The notes under the pieces were generated by a model. That model saw nothing but the letters and a program-made list of their open reading frames with translations. It was not told where the DNA came from and searched no databases. Of a DNA stretch of 64,000 nt, positions 23,960-38,410 are shown one piece after another; within the stretch, counting starts at the first letter, position 1, and each line of letters opens with the position of its first letter. The stretch is from the human T2T-CHM13v2.0 reference genome, Homo sapiens, in assembly GCF_009914755.1 (NCBI RefSeq), contig NC_060935.1; one strand, written 5' to 3'. Made by a program: the position numbers and the translations under genes.

Positions 23960-26900
23960 GCTAACATGGAACATAGTCCATGATTGATTATATGCTCGGC
24001 CATAAAGCGAGTCTCCATAAATTAAAAAAAAAAAAATCAAAACCATACCAGCCATACTCTCAGCCACAGCAGAATAAAAATAAAAATCAATACCAAGATG
24101 ATCTTTCAGAAACCACACAATAACATGGAAATTAAACGACTTAGTCCTGAATGAGTTTTGGGTAAACAACGAAATTATGGCAGAAATTTAAAAATCTCTT
24201 GGAAATACATGAAAACAGAGATACAACATACCAAAATCTCTGGGTTGCAGCAAAAGCACTGTTAAGAAGAAAGGTTACAGCACTGAGTGCCTACCTCAAA
24301 AAGTTAGAAAGATCTCAAATTAATGATCTAATGTCACACCTAGAAGAACCAGAAAAATAAGAACAAATGAATCTCAAAGTTAGCAGAAGAAGAGAAATAA
24401 TTAAAATCAAAGTGGAACTGAATGAAATTGAGGCCCCAAATCCATACAAAGAATTAACAAAAACCAAGTTGGTTATTTGAAAGGATAAACAAGATCAGTA
24501 GACCACTAGCTAGATTAACAAAGAAAGAAGATCCAAATAAGCACAATCAGAAACAACAAAGGTGACGCTATGCCTGATCTCACATAAATACAAAAGATCC
24601 TCAGAGACTACTGTGAATATACCTCTATGCACACAAACTAGAAAATCTACAGGAAATGGATAAATTCCTGGAAATACACAGTCTCCCAAGGTTGAATCAG
24701 GAAGGAATTGAAACACTGACCAGATCAATATTTAGTTCCAAAATTGAATTAGTAATAAAAAATCCTACCAATCATAAAAATCCTGGACCAGATGGATTCA
24801 CAGCCTAATTCTACCAGACATACAAAGAAGAGTTGGTACCAGTTCTACTGAAACTATTCCTAAAATCAAGGTGGAGGGACTCTTCCCTAACTCATTCTAC
24901 AAAGCCAGCATCACTCTGATACCAAAACCTGGTAAAGATACAACAAAAAAAGAGAACTACAGGCAAATATCCCTGATGAACATAGATGCAAAAATTCTCA
25001 ACAAAATACTAGCAAACTGAATTCAACAGCACAGCAAAAAGTTGATTCACCATGAACAAGTAGACTTCATTCCTGGGATGCAAGATTGGTTCAACATATA
25101 CAAATCAATAAATGTGACTCACCACATACGAAGAATTAAAAGCAAAAGTCATGTGATTATCTCAATAGACACAGAAAAAGCTTTTGATAAATCCAACATC
25201 CCTTCATGATAAAAACCATCAAGAAGCTAGGCCTCGAAGGAACATACATAAAAATAATAAGAGCCATCTATGACAAACCCATAGCCAACATCATGAAAAC
25301 TGGAAGCATTCTTCTTGAGAACTGGAACAAGACAAGGATGCCATGCCCACTCTCACCACTCCTATTCAACATAGTACTAGAAGTGCTCGCCAGAACAATC
25401 AGGCAAGAGAAAGAAATAAAAGGCATCTGAATAGGAAAATAATAACTCAAACCATCTCTTCGTGGACTATATGATTCTATACCTAGAAAACCCTAAAGAC
25501 TCTGCCAAAAGGCTCCTGGAACTGTAAACAGTAAAGTTTTAGGATACAAAATCAATGTACAAAAATCAGTAGCATTTCTATATACCAATAGCATTCAAGC
25601 TGAGAGCGAAATAAAGAACTCAATCCCATTTACAATAGACACACACACACACCCCTAGGAATACATCTAACCAAGGAGGTGAAAGAATCCCTATAAGGAG
25701 AACTACAAAACACTGCTCAAGAAATCAGAGATGACACAAACAAATGAAAACATTCCATGTTCATGACTTGGAAGAATCAGTATCATTAAAATGGCCATAC
25801 TGCCCCAAGCAATCTACAGATTCAATGATATTCATATCAAACTACCAACATCATTTTTCACAGAATTGGAAAAAAATTCTACAATTCATACAGAACCAAT
25901 AAAGACCCCAAATAGCCAAAGCGATCTTAAGAAAAAAGAACAAAGCCAGAGACATCACATTACCCAACTTCAAACTATGTTATAAAGCTACAGTAACCCA
26001 AACAGCATGATACTGGTACAAAAACATACACATAGACCAATAGAACAGAATAGAGAACCCAGAAGTAAAGCCACACACCTACAGGCATCTAATCTTTAAC
26101 AAAGTTGACAAAAATAAGCAATGAGGAAAGGACTCCCTATTCAATAAATGGTGCTGGGATAGCTGGATAGCCATATGCAGAAGGATGAAACTGAATCCCT
26201 GCCTTTCAAGATATATAAAAATTAACTCAAGTTGGATTAAAGATTTAAATGTAAGACCTCAAACTAAGAATCCTAGAAGAAAACCTAGGGAACACCACTC
26301 TGGACATCAGCCTTAGGAAAGAATTTATGACTAAGTCCTCAAAAGCAATTGCAATAAAAACATTGACAAGTGAGACCTAATTAAACTAAAGAGCTCCTGC
26401 ACAACAACAGAAACTATCAACAGAGTAAACAGACAACCTAGAGAATGGGAAAAAAATGGTAAATTATGCATCCAGCAAAGGTCTAATACCCAGAATCTAT
26501 AAAGAACTTAAATAATTGAACAAGCAAAAATCAACCCCATTAAAAAATGGACAAAAGACATGAACACATCTCAAAAGAAGACATACAAGCAGCCAACAAA
26601 CATATGAAAAAATGCTCCACATCACTAAATGGAGAAATGCAAATCAAAACCACGATAAGATACCATCTCACACCAGTCTGAATGGCTGTTATTAAAACGT
26701 TAAAAAACAACAGATGTTGTTGAGGCTGTGGAGGAAAGGGAATGCTTATACATTGTTGGTGGGAATGTAAATTAGTTCAGTCACTGCGGATATCAGTTTG
26801 GAGATTTCTCAAAGAACTCAGAACTACCATTCGACCTAGAAATCCCATTACCGGGTATATATCCAAGAGAAAACAAATTGTTCTACCAAAAAGACACATG

Positions 26901-27390
26901 TACTTTCATGTTCATCAAAGCACTATTCAGAATAGCAAAGACATGGAATCAACCTAGGTGCCCATCAGCGGTAGATTGGATAAAGAAAATGTGGTACATA
27001 CATACCATGGAATACTACACAGCCATAAGAAAGAATGAAATCATGTCCTTTGAAGCAACATGGGTGCAGCTGTAGGCCACTGTCCTAAGTGAATTACGGT
27101 AGGAACAGAAAACTAAATACCACATGTTCTCGCTTACAAGTGGGAGCTAAACTTTGGGTATTCATGGACATAAACATGGCAACAGTAGAAACTGGGGACT
27201 ACTAATGGGAGGAGGGAGGAAGGGGGACAAAGGCTGAAGGCTGAAAAATAAACAGTTGGGTACTATACCCACTACCTGGGTGATGGGGTCATTCATACTC
27301 CAAACCTCGGCATCCTGCAATATACCCAGGTAACACACTTGCACATGTATCCCCTGAATCTAAAATGAAAGTTGAAAAAAAAATTAAAAA
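23960..27390 (+). mobile_element. 5'-truncated older primate L1 (L1PA15/16-L1PB-like), degenerate ORF2 plus 3'UTR
   Basis: ORF2 RT fragments ([16 protein letters not shown]; [12 protein letters not shown]; WIKKMWYIHTMEYY) with many stops and frameshifts; A-rich tail. Confidence 0.93.
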
Positions 27391-27535
27391 TTGGAACAAG
27401 CATTTTTATTTAAAAAAATAGATAAAATAGTGTTAAGCTTTGTTACAGATTCAATCTTTGAGATGACAATTTAAAATTGTTTTAAAGTTGATTTGAAGAA
27501 TACAAAATGGCATTACTTTTAAATTATTTCTCCTT

Positions 27536-27696
27536 TTTTTTATTTTTAGAGACAAGGTCTTGCCCTTTTACCCAGGCTGGAGTGCAGTGGCGTGATTATA
27601 GCTCACTGCAGCCTTGAACTCCTGGTCTCAAGCAGTTCTCCTGCCTGGGCCTCCTAAAGTGCTGGGATTACAGGTGTGAGCTACCACTCCTGGCCT
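27536..27696 (-). mobile_element. Alu monomer (FRAM/FLAM-like)
   Basis: single ~160-bp Alu arm. Confidence 0.8.
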
Positions 27697-27789
27697 AAGA
27701 TGGCTGCTTTTAAAGAAATCAGGGTCTGGAGGACAGAGAAGTATCTTCTAGTCTGTAATCTTTCCTTGAGATAGGATAAGATGTGGATG

Positions 27790-28020
27790 AAAATTAGGAC
27801 TTTGTGGTGAAACAGACCTTGGTTGGTTCAAAGGCCATCTCATTATAGCTGTGCATCCTTAGGCAAATGACTTAACCTCTCTGAACCTCCTTTCCCCCCA
27901 CTCCCTAAAATTGGGATTAAAATATACATCTTCATGGGCTGTCATGAGGATTACATGAGATAATAGATGCAAAGTACTTGCACAATGTTTAGCACATGGC
28001 AAGTACTTAATAGCTATTAT
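27790..28020. mobile_element. MIR
   Basis: ggcaaatgacttaacctctctgaacctc core. Confidence 0.65.
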
Positions 28021-30580
28021 TATCATATGTTATATATAATATAATCCAAACCAATCCAGAGAAATGCGTATCTGCCTTTGTGTTTATTTTTGCTTTCTCA
28101 ATCACTTCGTAGAGATTTCCAATAGTTAGATTGTGTGTAAGAACCTTTCGCGAGGAAATTGTTTCTTCTAAGCAGCAGAATCTGTGTCCTCCACCCCCTT
28201 CCCCGACCTCCCACTGCCCCTACTGCAGGTGCAGCTATGTTCAGTACTCAGCTCAGCAAATGCCCCAGTGTCTTTGGAATCCTTACAACTAGAAGCCTGC
28301 TTTATCTTTTTTTTTTTTTTTTTTTTTTAAAGGAGAAATGGCTTGAGAAAGACATGTTGAAGAGGAAAAATACGTTAAGGTAACATGTTCTTATCTATTA
28401 CTAGAATTAGTCAATGCATCATAATTTAAGGTTTTGTATCTAGTTTATTGGCTCTATTAGTAAATATCACCTCTCTTGTGCTTCACTTTCCTGTCTCTTT
28501 GCTCCCAGCACAGAGATTTCTTAATTGCTTGAAGTACAGGCCCAGGCATAGAATTGGATTTGGTTACCACTTGCCAACTGTCTTAGAATCTGAAGACTCC
28601 AGCTCTAGTTCCCGACTCTGACACCTACTAGCTCTGCAACTTTACGGAAACCACTTACCTCTCTGAGCCTCAGTTTCCTCCTCTGTGAAATGGGCTGGTA
28701 ATATCTATGGCATAAACACTTCATTGATGGTATGGGACCAGCTGAGGCTACAAGTGTAAAAATATTGTTTGAAAATGTTAATTGCTATTTGATTATAAGG
28801 ACATAGTCTTATTAATATGATCAAATCTCTTGCTAGCTTATTGGTTTTCATAGTAGGAGATGTCACTTGCTGTGCGATCTTGGACAAGTCACTGAACTCC
28901 TCTGAGCTGCACTCGTCTCCCCTGTAACATGGGGAGTGTAGACTTGATTACTTAAATCTCCCGACATCGTACAAGTCTATGCTGATGCCGAGCTTTCCTT
29001 GAAAACTGGAAAAAGCACAGGCTTTGAAGTGTGATGGACTGGGGTTAATCCCCTGCTTCACAGCTTGCTTTCTTTTTGTCTCTCTGTACCCATAAGGATT
29101 ATCTCAGAATGATCTGGGTATTTTTGAAAAGTAACAGCAGCTTGGCTGAAAGACAATTTTGTCCATAATAAGACATCAGCTGTGAGCAGAGTTCTGCAGT
29201 GGCAGAAAACGGATCAGGCAGAGATTCAGGTTATAATTTCCAAACTCCAGTGGCCCACTTGGTAGAACCAGTTTGCATTTGTATGTTGAATTTTTGTTGA
29301 CTAAATAACAGTGATCCAAGAGCTGAGATGGTTTATTGGTCCTCTTGGGGAGGGCTGTATTGCTGTCAAGGTGTGGATAAAGCATTTCAGGCAGGCCTGC
29401 CGCTGGCCCCTGGCCCAGTGGTGTACAGCTGTGTCAATAGGCCTTTGAAGTCCACGCACACCAGCTGATTGGTCAGCAGCCCCTGGGATGGTCTCTACAA
29501 CCTTCGTCACAGGAAATTGGGAAAGGCATGTGGAAGCTAGCATTGCTGGAAGGGGAGGAGAAGAAAACTGTTGGGATCTTTGATGAAAACATGGGAGAAA
29601 TTTACCAAAATTCACAGGCTGAGCCCATCAGCAGGATCTGGGATTGTTGATCACTGCTCTCCTTCTTTCTGGCTCCAGATCAATGTGATGAGCTGGTTTA
29701 TCTTTATTCTGACTCGAATATGTGCCAGCTAGCGCTTCTGTGAGGCCTCAGTATAGTGATAGTATGCTGGAGGCGCTGGTGGTGCTGCAAGATTCACAGA
29801 GAGCTTCTGAATCATTAAAACGTGAACAACCCCTGTTCAGAAGAATTTTAATGCAAAATATTTTTCATTTTTATTTTTTCGTCTTTTCTGATATTCTACA
29901 TTCTGGGGCACTGGCCTCTTCCCTGCCCCAGGATTTTCCCCATGTGCAGGTGCTTCATCATCACATGATCTCATTTAATCTTCACAACATCCCTGAGGTA
30001 TGTTGTCTTCAATCCCCCTTTGGCAAAAGAGGAAATGGAAGCTCTGGTTAAAACTTGGTGAAGATAACACAGCTTAGCAGGAAACCCTGAGCTGTCTGAC
30101 TCTCAAGCCTGTGTTGGGAAATCCTGCCCTGTGCTGCCTCTTGTTGCAGAGATCCTATCTGGATAAAGTGCTGGGTAACCAGGAATCAGAACCTCTGGAG
30201 GACGAGTATGACTTCTTTTCTGTCCCTGCTGCTCGAGTTCAAACCCTCACCATCCTCTCCTCCTCTTCCCTGTTCTTGCTCTGTACCTCCACTCCGTCAC
30301 TGAGTCTTGACACTTTGGCCCAGTGTCCCCCTTTGCACCCCTGCCTTTTCATTCTTACCCTTGTTGCCACACACCTGGGGCACTGCCGTAGCTGGCAGCT
30401 CCCTTTCTCACCAGTCTTTCCCTTTTCCATCTTTTCCACTAACCCTGCCAGACTCATCTTCCTTTAACACTGCTTTGTCCTATTTCATTAAAAATATCCC
30501 AGGGACTCATGAGATAAAGTCAAGACTCAGTGCTTGACCTGACACAGCCCCCAGTCCCCCCAGGTAGACCTCAAAGCTTC

Positions 30581-30955
30581 TACATTCGTTCTTTTTCACG
30601 CTGCTGATAAAGACAGACTTGAGACTGGGCAATTTACGAAAGAAAGAGGTTTGTTGGACTTATGGTTCCATATGGCTGGGGAGACCTCACAATCACGGTG
30701 GAAGGCAAGGAGGAGCAAGTCATGTCTTACATGGATGGCAGCAGGCAAAACAGTTTGTGCAGAGAAACTCCCATTTTTAAAACCATCAGATCTTGTGAGA
30801 CCCATTCACTATCATGAGAACAGCATGGGAAAGACCCATCCCCATGATTCAATCACCTCCCACCAGTTCCTCCCATGACATATGGGAATTATAGGAATTG
30901 TGGGAGTTACAATTCAAGATGAGATTTGGGTGGGGACACAGTCAAAACATATCAA
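30581..30955 (-). mobile_element. THE1-family MaLR solo LTR
   Basis: cacgctgctgataaagac...gagatttgggtggggacacag...catatca. Confidence 0.88.
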
Positions 30956-33900
30956 CTCCTTTCCAGCCTTGCCCATCACTTCCTGCAATAACTTGATGTT
31001 GCCTGGGATTTTCTGACTTCAGCATCTTTGCTCATGAGGTATCTTCTACCTAGAATGTGACCTTCCCACCCAACCTCCCCTCTGCTAAAAATCTCATCAT
31101 GGTCTGCCTGAAGTGGCCTGTCTTTAATGAAGCTTTCTCCAGTCACCTTGCAGGAATGATCCCCCCACCTTGAACACTTTGAAACACTTAAACAGTACTT
31201 CTCATATGTTGCTTCACTGTAATTATTTGAGTGCCAACATTTCCTCCCTATATACCAATGTGATGATGGAACCCATGTGTGTGTATCCCCCACTGTGGTC
31301 ATTAGCATAGTGCCTTATATGTAGTGGTCCCTTTGTTGCATGTAAACTAATGAACAGTGAAAAGCAAATAATAAGAAATAAATCATTTATTGTTTCCCAT
31401 GTGTCAGACAGTATTCTTAGTGCTATTCAAAGTAATAATTTAATTCTCGCAATAACCCTAAGAGGTAGATGATATTGTGTCTCCATTATAGAGATGAAGA
31501 AGCGAAGGCATGGTGAGCTGAGCTGGTCAAAGAATTAGTGATTGACCCAGGATTCAAATCTGAGCAATCTGCCTCCAGGACCTAGACTCCCGCTGTAGGT
31601 AGCTTTCCAGCACTCTTTTTCCTCTACCTAGAAGGTCCTGGCAGGCTAATAGGTTTACTCCTATAAGAGCTGCCTTGTGGGCTTATGGATTTCTCATTCG
31701 TGTCAGGTTCCTGAGGGCCTGAGAATGGTTAGCATCCAGAATTTCTTCCCTAAGCCAGTACACGAAGTCTTGCTCACCTCGGCAATGTGCATCAGGCAAA
31801 CTGGTGAGAGAATGGAAACACCTCAAAGTGCTGAGATTCCCCAGATGACAGGTGCTGTGTAAAAATGAAGCAAGTTTTTCATGTTCTATAAAACATGATA
31901 ACTTCATTACACAATAGTCAGAGTACGGGCCCATGACTCCTATAACACTCCACCTTTGGCATGAGGTGATTACTTGGTTAATAATCCTAATCGGCCTAGC
32001 GCGCATACCCTGTGTTTATCACTCCCATCTTATAATTAACTTTTATATTTTTCTTAACTTTAAAACTCAATCTGTGCACCAGAGTGCCTGCAAACCTATA
32101 TTTATCTAATTTAGCAAACATTTGCATGCACTGCAATTAGACTCACATGTTGTGTGATCAACGTCCTTTGCTAATTGCATAATTCCTTTTGAGTTTAATC
32201 ATCAAATGGCATTCTTTTTTTTTTAATGTCTATGTGGTTTGCTGTTGGTTGTGATCTGCATGTGAAATCTCAGGCTGAGGCACCTGCAATCACAGAACCA
32301 AAGATATTCGAGAGCCAAAGACAAGGGAGGAACTGTGTTCCTTGTTGACAGGTGAAGAAATGGAGGCTCAAGGAAGCTAACGGATTGCCTATCTAAACAG
32401 CTCATTATTAAGAGTTCCTGAAGATGGGAAAGGATAAATACATCTGCAAATAATATCTCCCAAACCATCCCAGTGTGGAAATTCCATGAATAATTTAAGT
32501 CAGTCCTGACTTAGCATGGAGCTTGAGTCTGGACACAATTAGTCTGGCCTTAAAAGAAATCAGGTTATGGGCAAGGACAAATCTGAGGATATTCTGGAAT
32601 TATAACCCTTAGCAATTGTTTTTCAGCTTTGGGCTGCACATTGCCAGCAGATATTTTGGTATAAGGAAGGCTGGGTAAACTCTTTTCCCTTTCTTCTGCC
32701 TCGTAAAATTGTTTGTTTGTTTGTTTTATTGTAAATCTAGATTAGAATAGAATAGAGGGTTCAACCAGGAATTAGGGATTGGCCTAGAAAGAATCACAAT
32801 ATTGGAGCTGAAAGTCTATTTAGCTTGTTTTATAATAAAGTTCAGAAGGGCATATCCCAAATCACAGAGTTGGTTGCTCGCAGGTCTGGGACTTGAGCCC
32901 CTGTCTCTTCAGTTGATGTCCAGGTTTTTCTTACTGCAGTGCTCTACTAATCAAGAGACTAAGTGGACAGAGTGCTCCTTGTCCTCTCCTTCCCTCATGC
33001 AGCACCTTTACACAGTGGCTTGGATGCCTGGTGCTAAGCAAGGGTGTATGGATGCAGATGCCCAGACCTTGTTCTAAGCTAGGATGCAAAAGCAAAGGAT
33101 GCAAAGGAGAAGGGGACCCACCAGGATGGGGAAGGCACCACTCCCCAGTGTGGAGATTTTGAGCTCAGAGAGGATTTAAGAGAATGCGATGGCCTGGCCC
33201 ATTGTGGGAACTCTACTGATAATTTGCCAAACGGACATGTGTACTAGCAAGGGGATGAATATAGGGTTATGAGGTCAGAAAGATAAGGACAGACTACTGC
33301 CACCTGCAGATTTTTTTTTTTTGCTTGGAAGGCAGAGGAAATCATGAAAGGATTACCACAGTGGAATTTCATCTGTTTATCTGCCTGGGAAGAAAGACCT
33401 GGTCATTAATGTGGAAGCACAAAGAATCATTGGGGGCTGGGAAATACAGCCCAGCAGTATGCTCAGAAAGAAAAGGAGACTGGGTCTTGGCTTCTGCCAT
33501 GTTTCATAAACTGGGAAACCTTTCCATTGCTGCTGGCAGCAATAGAGATTCCCTGCTCTCTGAACCCATGGCTTGCTTCTACAGAAGTACTTGCCACCCT
33601 CTGTCAGATACATCCTCTGCATCTTTGGCTCCTACGTAACATCTAGAGAGTAGTAAGTGCTCAGTTAATGTAGGTTGAATGGATGAATGGATTGGACACT
33701 GTTGAAATGTTCAACTCTCGCCAAGTCAACAGGGCAAGGTAATGTATGGAATGGCCAAAGTAGTAATAAAAATATTTTAATAGCCTAGATGGATGGACCA
33801 AAGCAATAATATTAAATTTATCTAGAGGAAATGTAACACAAAGTCTATATTTAGCTTTAAAAATGTCAATTACCCAATCAAAGAGTGGGTGAAATACGAA

Positions 33901-34077
33901 GGATTGTAGTCCATATTTTAAAAAAGCCATCAGGGGTAGGTCTTAGTGGACCATAAGCTTAACATGAAAAAGTTTGTTATGTAGCTGCTGAAATAGTGTT
34001 GAAGTTCATCAGTAGAAGTCTGATCCAGATCAGTGCAAATGACACTACCTGCAGTTTTGCTTATTAAAATAAAAAAT

Positions 34078-34215
34078 TTTTAGAGATGGAGTCTCACTAA
34101 GTTGTCCAGGCTGGAGTACAGTGGCCATTCACAGGTGCGATAATTGTATACTGCATCATTGAACTCCTGGCCTCAAGCAATTCTCCTGCTTCAGCCTCTT
34201 GAGTAGCTGGGGCTG
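34078..34215 (-). mobile_element. FLAM/AluJ fragment
   Basis: partial Alu arm. Confidence 0.7.
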
Positions 34216-34269
34216 TGGTTTTTCAGCTGGGTCAGGCCCCTCTGGGGCAGAAGTTCACTTGGGGTTCCC

Positions 34270-34598
<329 letters not shown>

Positions 34599-35061
34599 TT
34601 ACCCTGGGTCCAGTGCTTTAATTTACAAAGTGTTTTCTCAGGCATTATCTTGTTACATGGTTCTAATGAGGTGGTTTATATACTGGCAAAAGGCAAGCTG
34701 ACTTGCTCAAGGTCACACAGCCAGTGAGTGGCAAATCCTAATCCTCCTAATTATTGTCTGTATTCTTTCTGCCACATCATGCAGCCTTTATGCAGAACAG
34801 AGCCCCCACTGTGCAGCCTCTAGAAGTGAGGCCCGCACGATGCTTGTCAAATGCTGTCAACAGTGGACACGCTCAGATGGGCACCTTGCAATCAGCCAGA
34901 CTGACAGTGATGATTCACAAACCACTTTTCCTAACTGAAAGGGGCTTTGATGGGCCAGCTCACATTACAAGCACAGTGATCTTGGCCTCTTTCAAAACTG
35001 ACAACAGGCAAACATTGAACATCACTTTACCTCTGAATGAGCCCAGGAAAGGACAGATCTC

Positions 35062-35322
35062 TTTTTGAGACAGGGTTTTGCTCTGTTGCCCAGGCTGGAG
35101 TGCAGTGGCATGGTCATGGCTCATTGCAGCCTCGACCTCCCAGGTAGCTGGGACTGCAGGCATGCATCACCATGCCTAGCAATTTTTTTTAATTTTATTT
35201 TTTTTGTAGAGATGAAGTCTCACTATGTTATCCAGGCTGGTCTCAAACTCCTGGGCTTAAGCAATCCCCCTGCCTCAGCCTCCCAAAGTGCTGGGATTAC
35301 AGGTAGTGAGCCACTGCACCCA
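35062..35322 (-). mobile_element. AluJ with internal deletion
   Basis: antisense Alu consensus with J diagnostics. Confidence 0.85.
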
Positions 35323-35671
35323 GTCAGATCTTCATTCTTAACTCCTCATATACTACAGAAAGGATTTGTGAGCTGGGGCTGTAAATGGGGACAGAAGAAA
35401 GGGAAAAGAGCTAACATTTTTCAGGTTCCTATTAAGTCCCTGGCTCAAGACATTTTCACATTTATTTAGGTTTCCTGTTTTTAATGCTCTGTCTCTAGCC
35501 TCACTGCTTACCCTGGTCACCATTTGACCCCTACAGTCTCCTGGCATTGGCTGTCATAATATTCACTCATATCCCTATGGTCTTTACCAGTGGTTATCTA
35601 TTCTTCGAAAAAAGACTATGAAGTGGGTAGGATAGGGATTATTCTCTTATTTTACAATGAGGTGCAAGAAT

Positions 35672-35707
35672 GTCTGTCTGTCTATCTTTTATCTATCTAT
35701 CTGTCTG

Positions 35708-35769
<62 letters not shown>

Positions 35770-35812
35770 CATCCACCCATCTAACTCATCCATCCATCCA
35801 TCCACCCATCCA
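35672..35812. repeat. (TCTG/TCTA)n tetranucleotide STR followed by (TCCA)n
   Basis: about 15 uninterrupted TCTA units. Confidence 0.95.
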
Positions 35813-36003
35813 TGCATTTATTCATTGAGCAAATATTTATTAAGATAATTCTATGTTATAGGACGTATACAATGCACTGTAGAAACAGATGTCTGGAAAG
35901 CTCTTGGAGGAGATGTATAAACTTATGAGAAAAGGAGGCATCATAGTTGGGGCTTTTAATTAAGGAGGGTGACACAGATGTTGGGATGTGTCATGGCAGG
36001 CCG

Positions 36004-36021
36004 TGACCAGTAGGTGGCACT
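36004..36021 (+). promoter_or_regulatory. CTCF consensus site TGACCAGTAGGTGGCACT
   Basis: exact match to the CCASYAGRKGGCRS core. Confidence 0.7.
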
Positions 36022-36414
36022 CCTGGTCCCAGAAGGCTCATGAGTTCTCCAAAGCCAAGCTTTCATTTCCTATTCATTACTGTGCTTAAAATTAAATTTT
36101 AAGACATGTCATTGAAAAGCTGTATTCAATTTGATTTAAATTCCATTTATTTGCTGTTAATTGTTCCATGCTTTTCTAAAAATGGTCAAATTAAATCTAG
36201 TTGTGTCAGGGCTTCCTGGATAAGTGAAAGTCACGTCCAGGAAATTCAGACTCCTAAGTAAGTTAGCACCTCCACTGATTGGCATTAGGTCCCGAATTCC
36301 TCTCTTAGGAAATACTCATGAAAAGTTAATGCTATTGGAAAAAGATCTGGAAGGAGACACTCTAAAATGTTAGTTGCGATATCTCCCAGTGGTGGTAGTA
36401 CAGATGATTTTTAA

Positions 36415-36721
<307 letters not shown>

Positions 36722-36742
36722 TAATTTTTAAAAAATACTTGA

Positions 36743-37390
<648 letters not shown>

Positions 37391-37439
37391 TAAATACTTG
37401 TCTACTTTAGGCATTTTTTTACAGTCGGCATGTATTGTT

Positions 37440-37870
37440 TATTTTAAATTTTTCTTTTAAGTGTAATCTACAACTGGAAAAGTACACAAATCTTAAGTGA
37501 ACATGTAAGTTTTAAGATATGTTTATATATACATATAGCCATCACCCAGCTTAAGATACAGAACATTATGAAAACCCCAGAAAGTTCCCTCATGTCCCTT
37601 CCCAATGACCCCCACCCCTCAGAAACCACTGTTCTGACTTCTACGGCCACAAATTAATTGTGACTATTTTTGAACTTCATATATACGGAGTCATACCAGA
37701 TGTTTTCTTTTTTCGTGTCGAGACTTTTACTCAGTGCTATTTCTTTAGGTCGATGTGTATAAATATATAAAAACTTACCAAGCTGTTCTGTTGTATGTAG
37801 CAGCATCTGTTCCTTTTTCATTGATGTGTAGTGTTCCATTGTGTAAATACATTACAAAGGTATTTTTATC
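37440..37870 (-). mobile_element. old L1M 3' fragment
   Basis: typical antisense L1M 3'UTR (aaccactgttctgacttct, tagtgttccattgtg). Confidence 0.7.
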
Positions 37871-38214
37871 ATCAGAAGAAAAATTTACTAAAAGTGGTTA
37901 AACATAGACATGGCAACTGCTTCTTTGCTGGAGGCCAGGAAGACATTTCAATGGCAAGATAATCCTCAGGGGATATGGATTTGGACAGCCATGCTGGAAT
38001 TGGCCTGGGCTCAGAAGCACTGGGTCCTTAAGAAAGAAGTAAAAGGAGCTGTGGGGGGTCAGGTTTTCTGACTCAAGAAACATTGAGTTCATTGTTCTAT
38101 GGTGGATAGGGCTAGCTCTTGCTCTCTGGCTGGGTGTTGGTGTCTGCCTTTAGGGCCAAGTTACTGGAGTTCTCTGTCCTCCCTGAGCCCCAGTTTTCTA
38201 ATCAGTAAAATGTG

Positions 38215-38410
38215 TAGGCTTGCCATATTTACGGGCAAAAAAATGAAAGAAAAAAATCAAGAGAGCCAGTTAAATTTGAGTTTCAGATAAACAACGAACA
38301 ATTTCTCAGTATAAGTATTTCCTGAGCATTGCATGGAACATATTCATACTAAAGAATTATTCATTGTTTATTTGCAATTTAAATGTAACACATTTTATCT
38401 GGCAGTGCTA
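38215..38410. mobile_element. MER53-like palindromic hAT MITE
   Basis: ccagttaaatttgagtttcagataaacaa...ttgtttatttgcaatttaaat...ttttatctggca. Confidence 0.75.

Noticed and set aside
35590-35848. LSIYLSIY ORFs / CRISPR-like periodicity
   Set aside because: simple TCTA tetranucleotide STR with no spacers, in eukaryotic DNA
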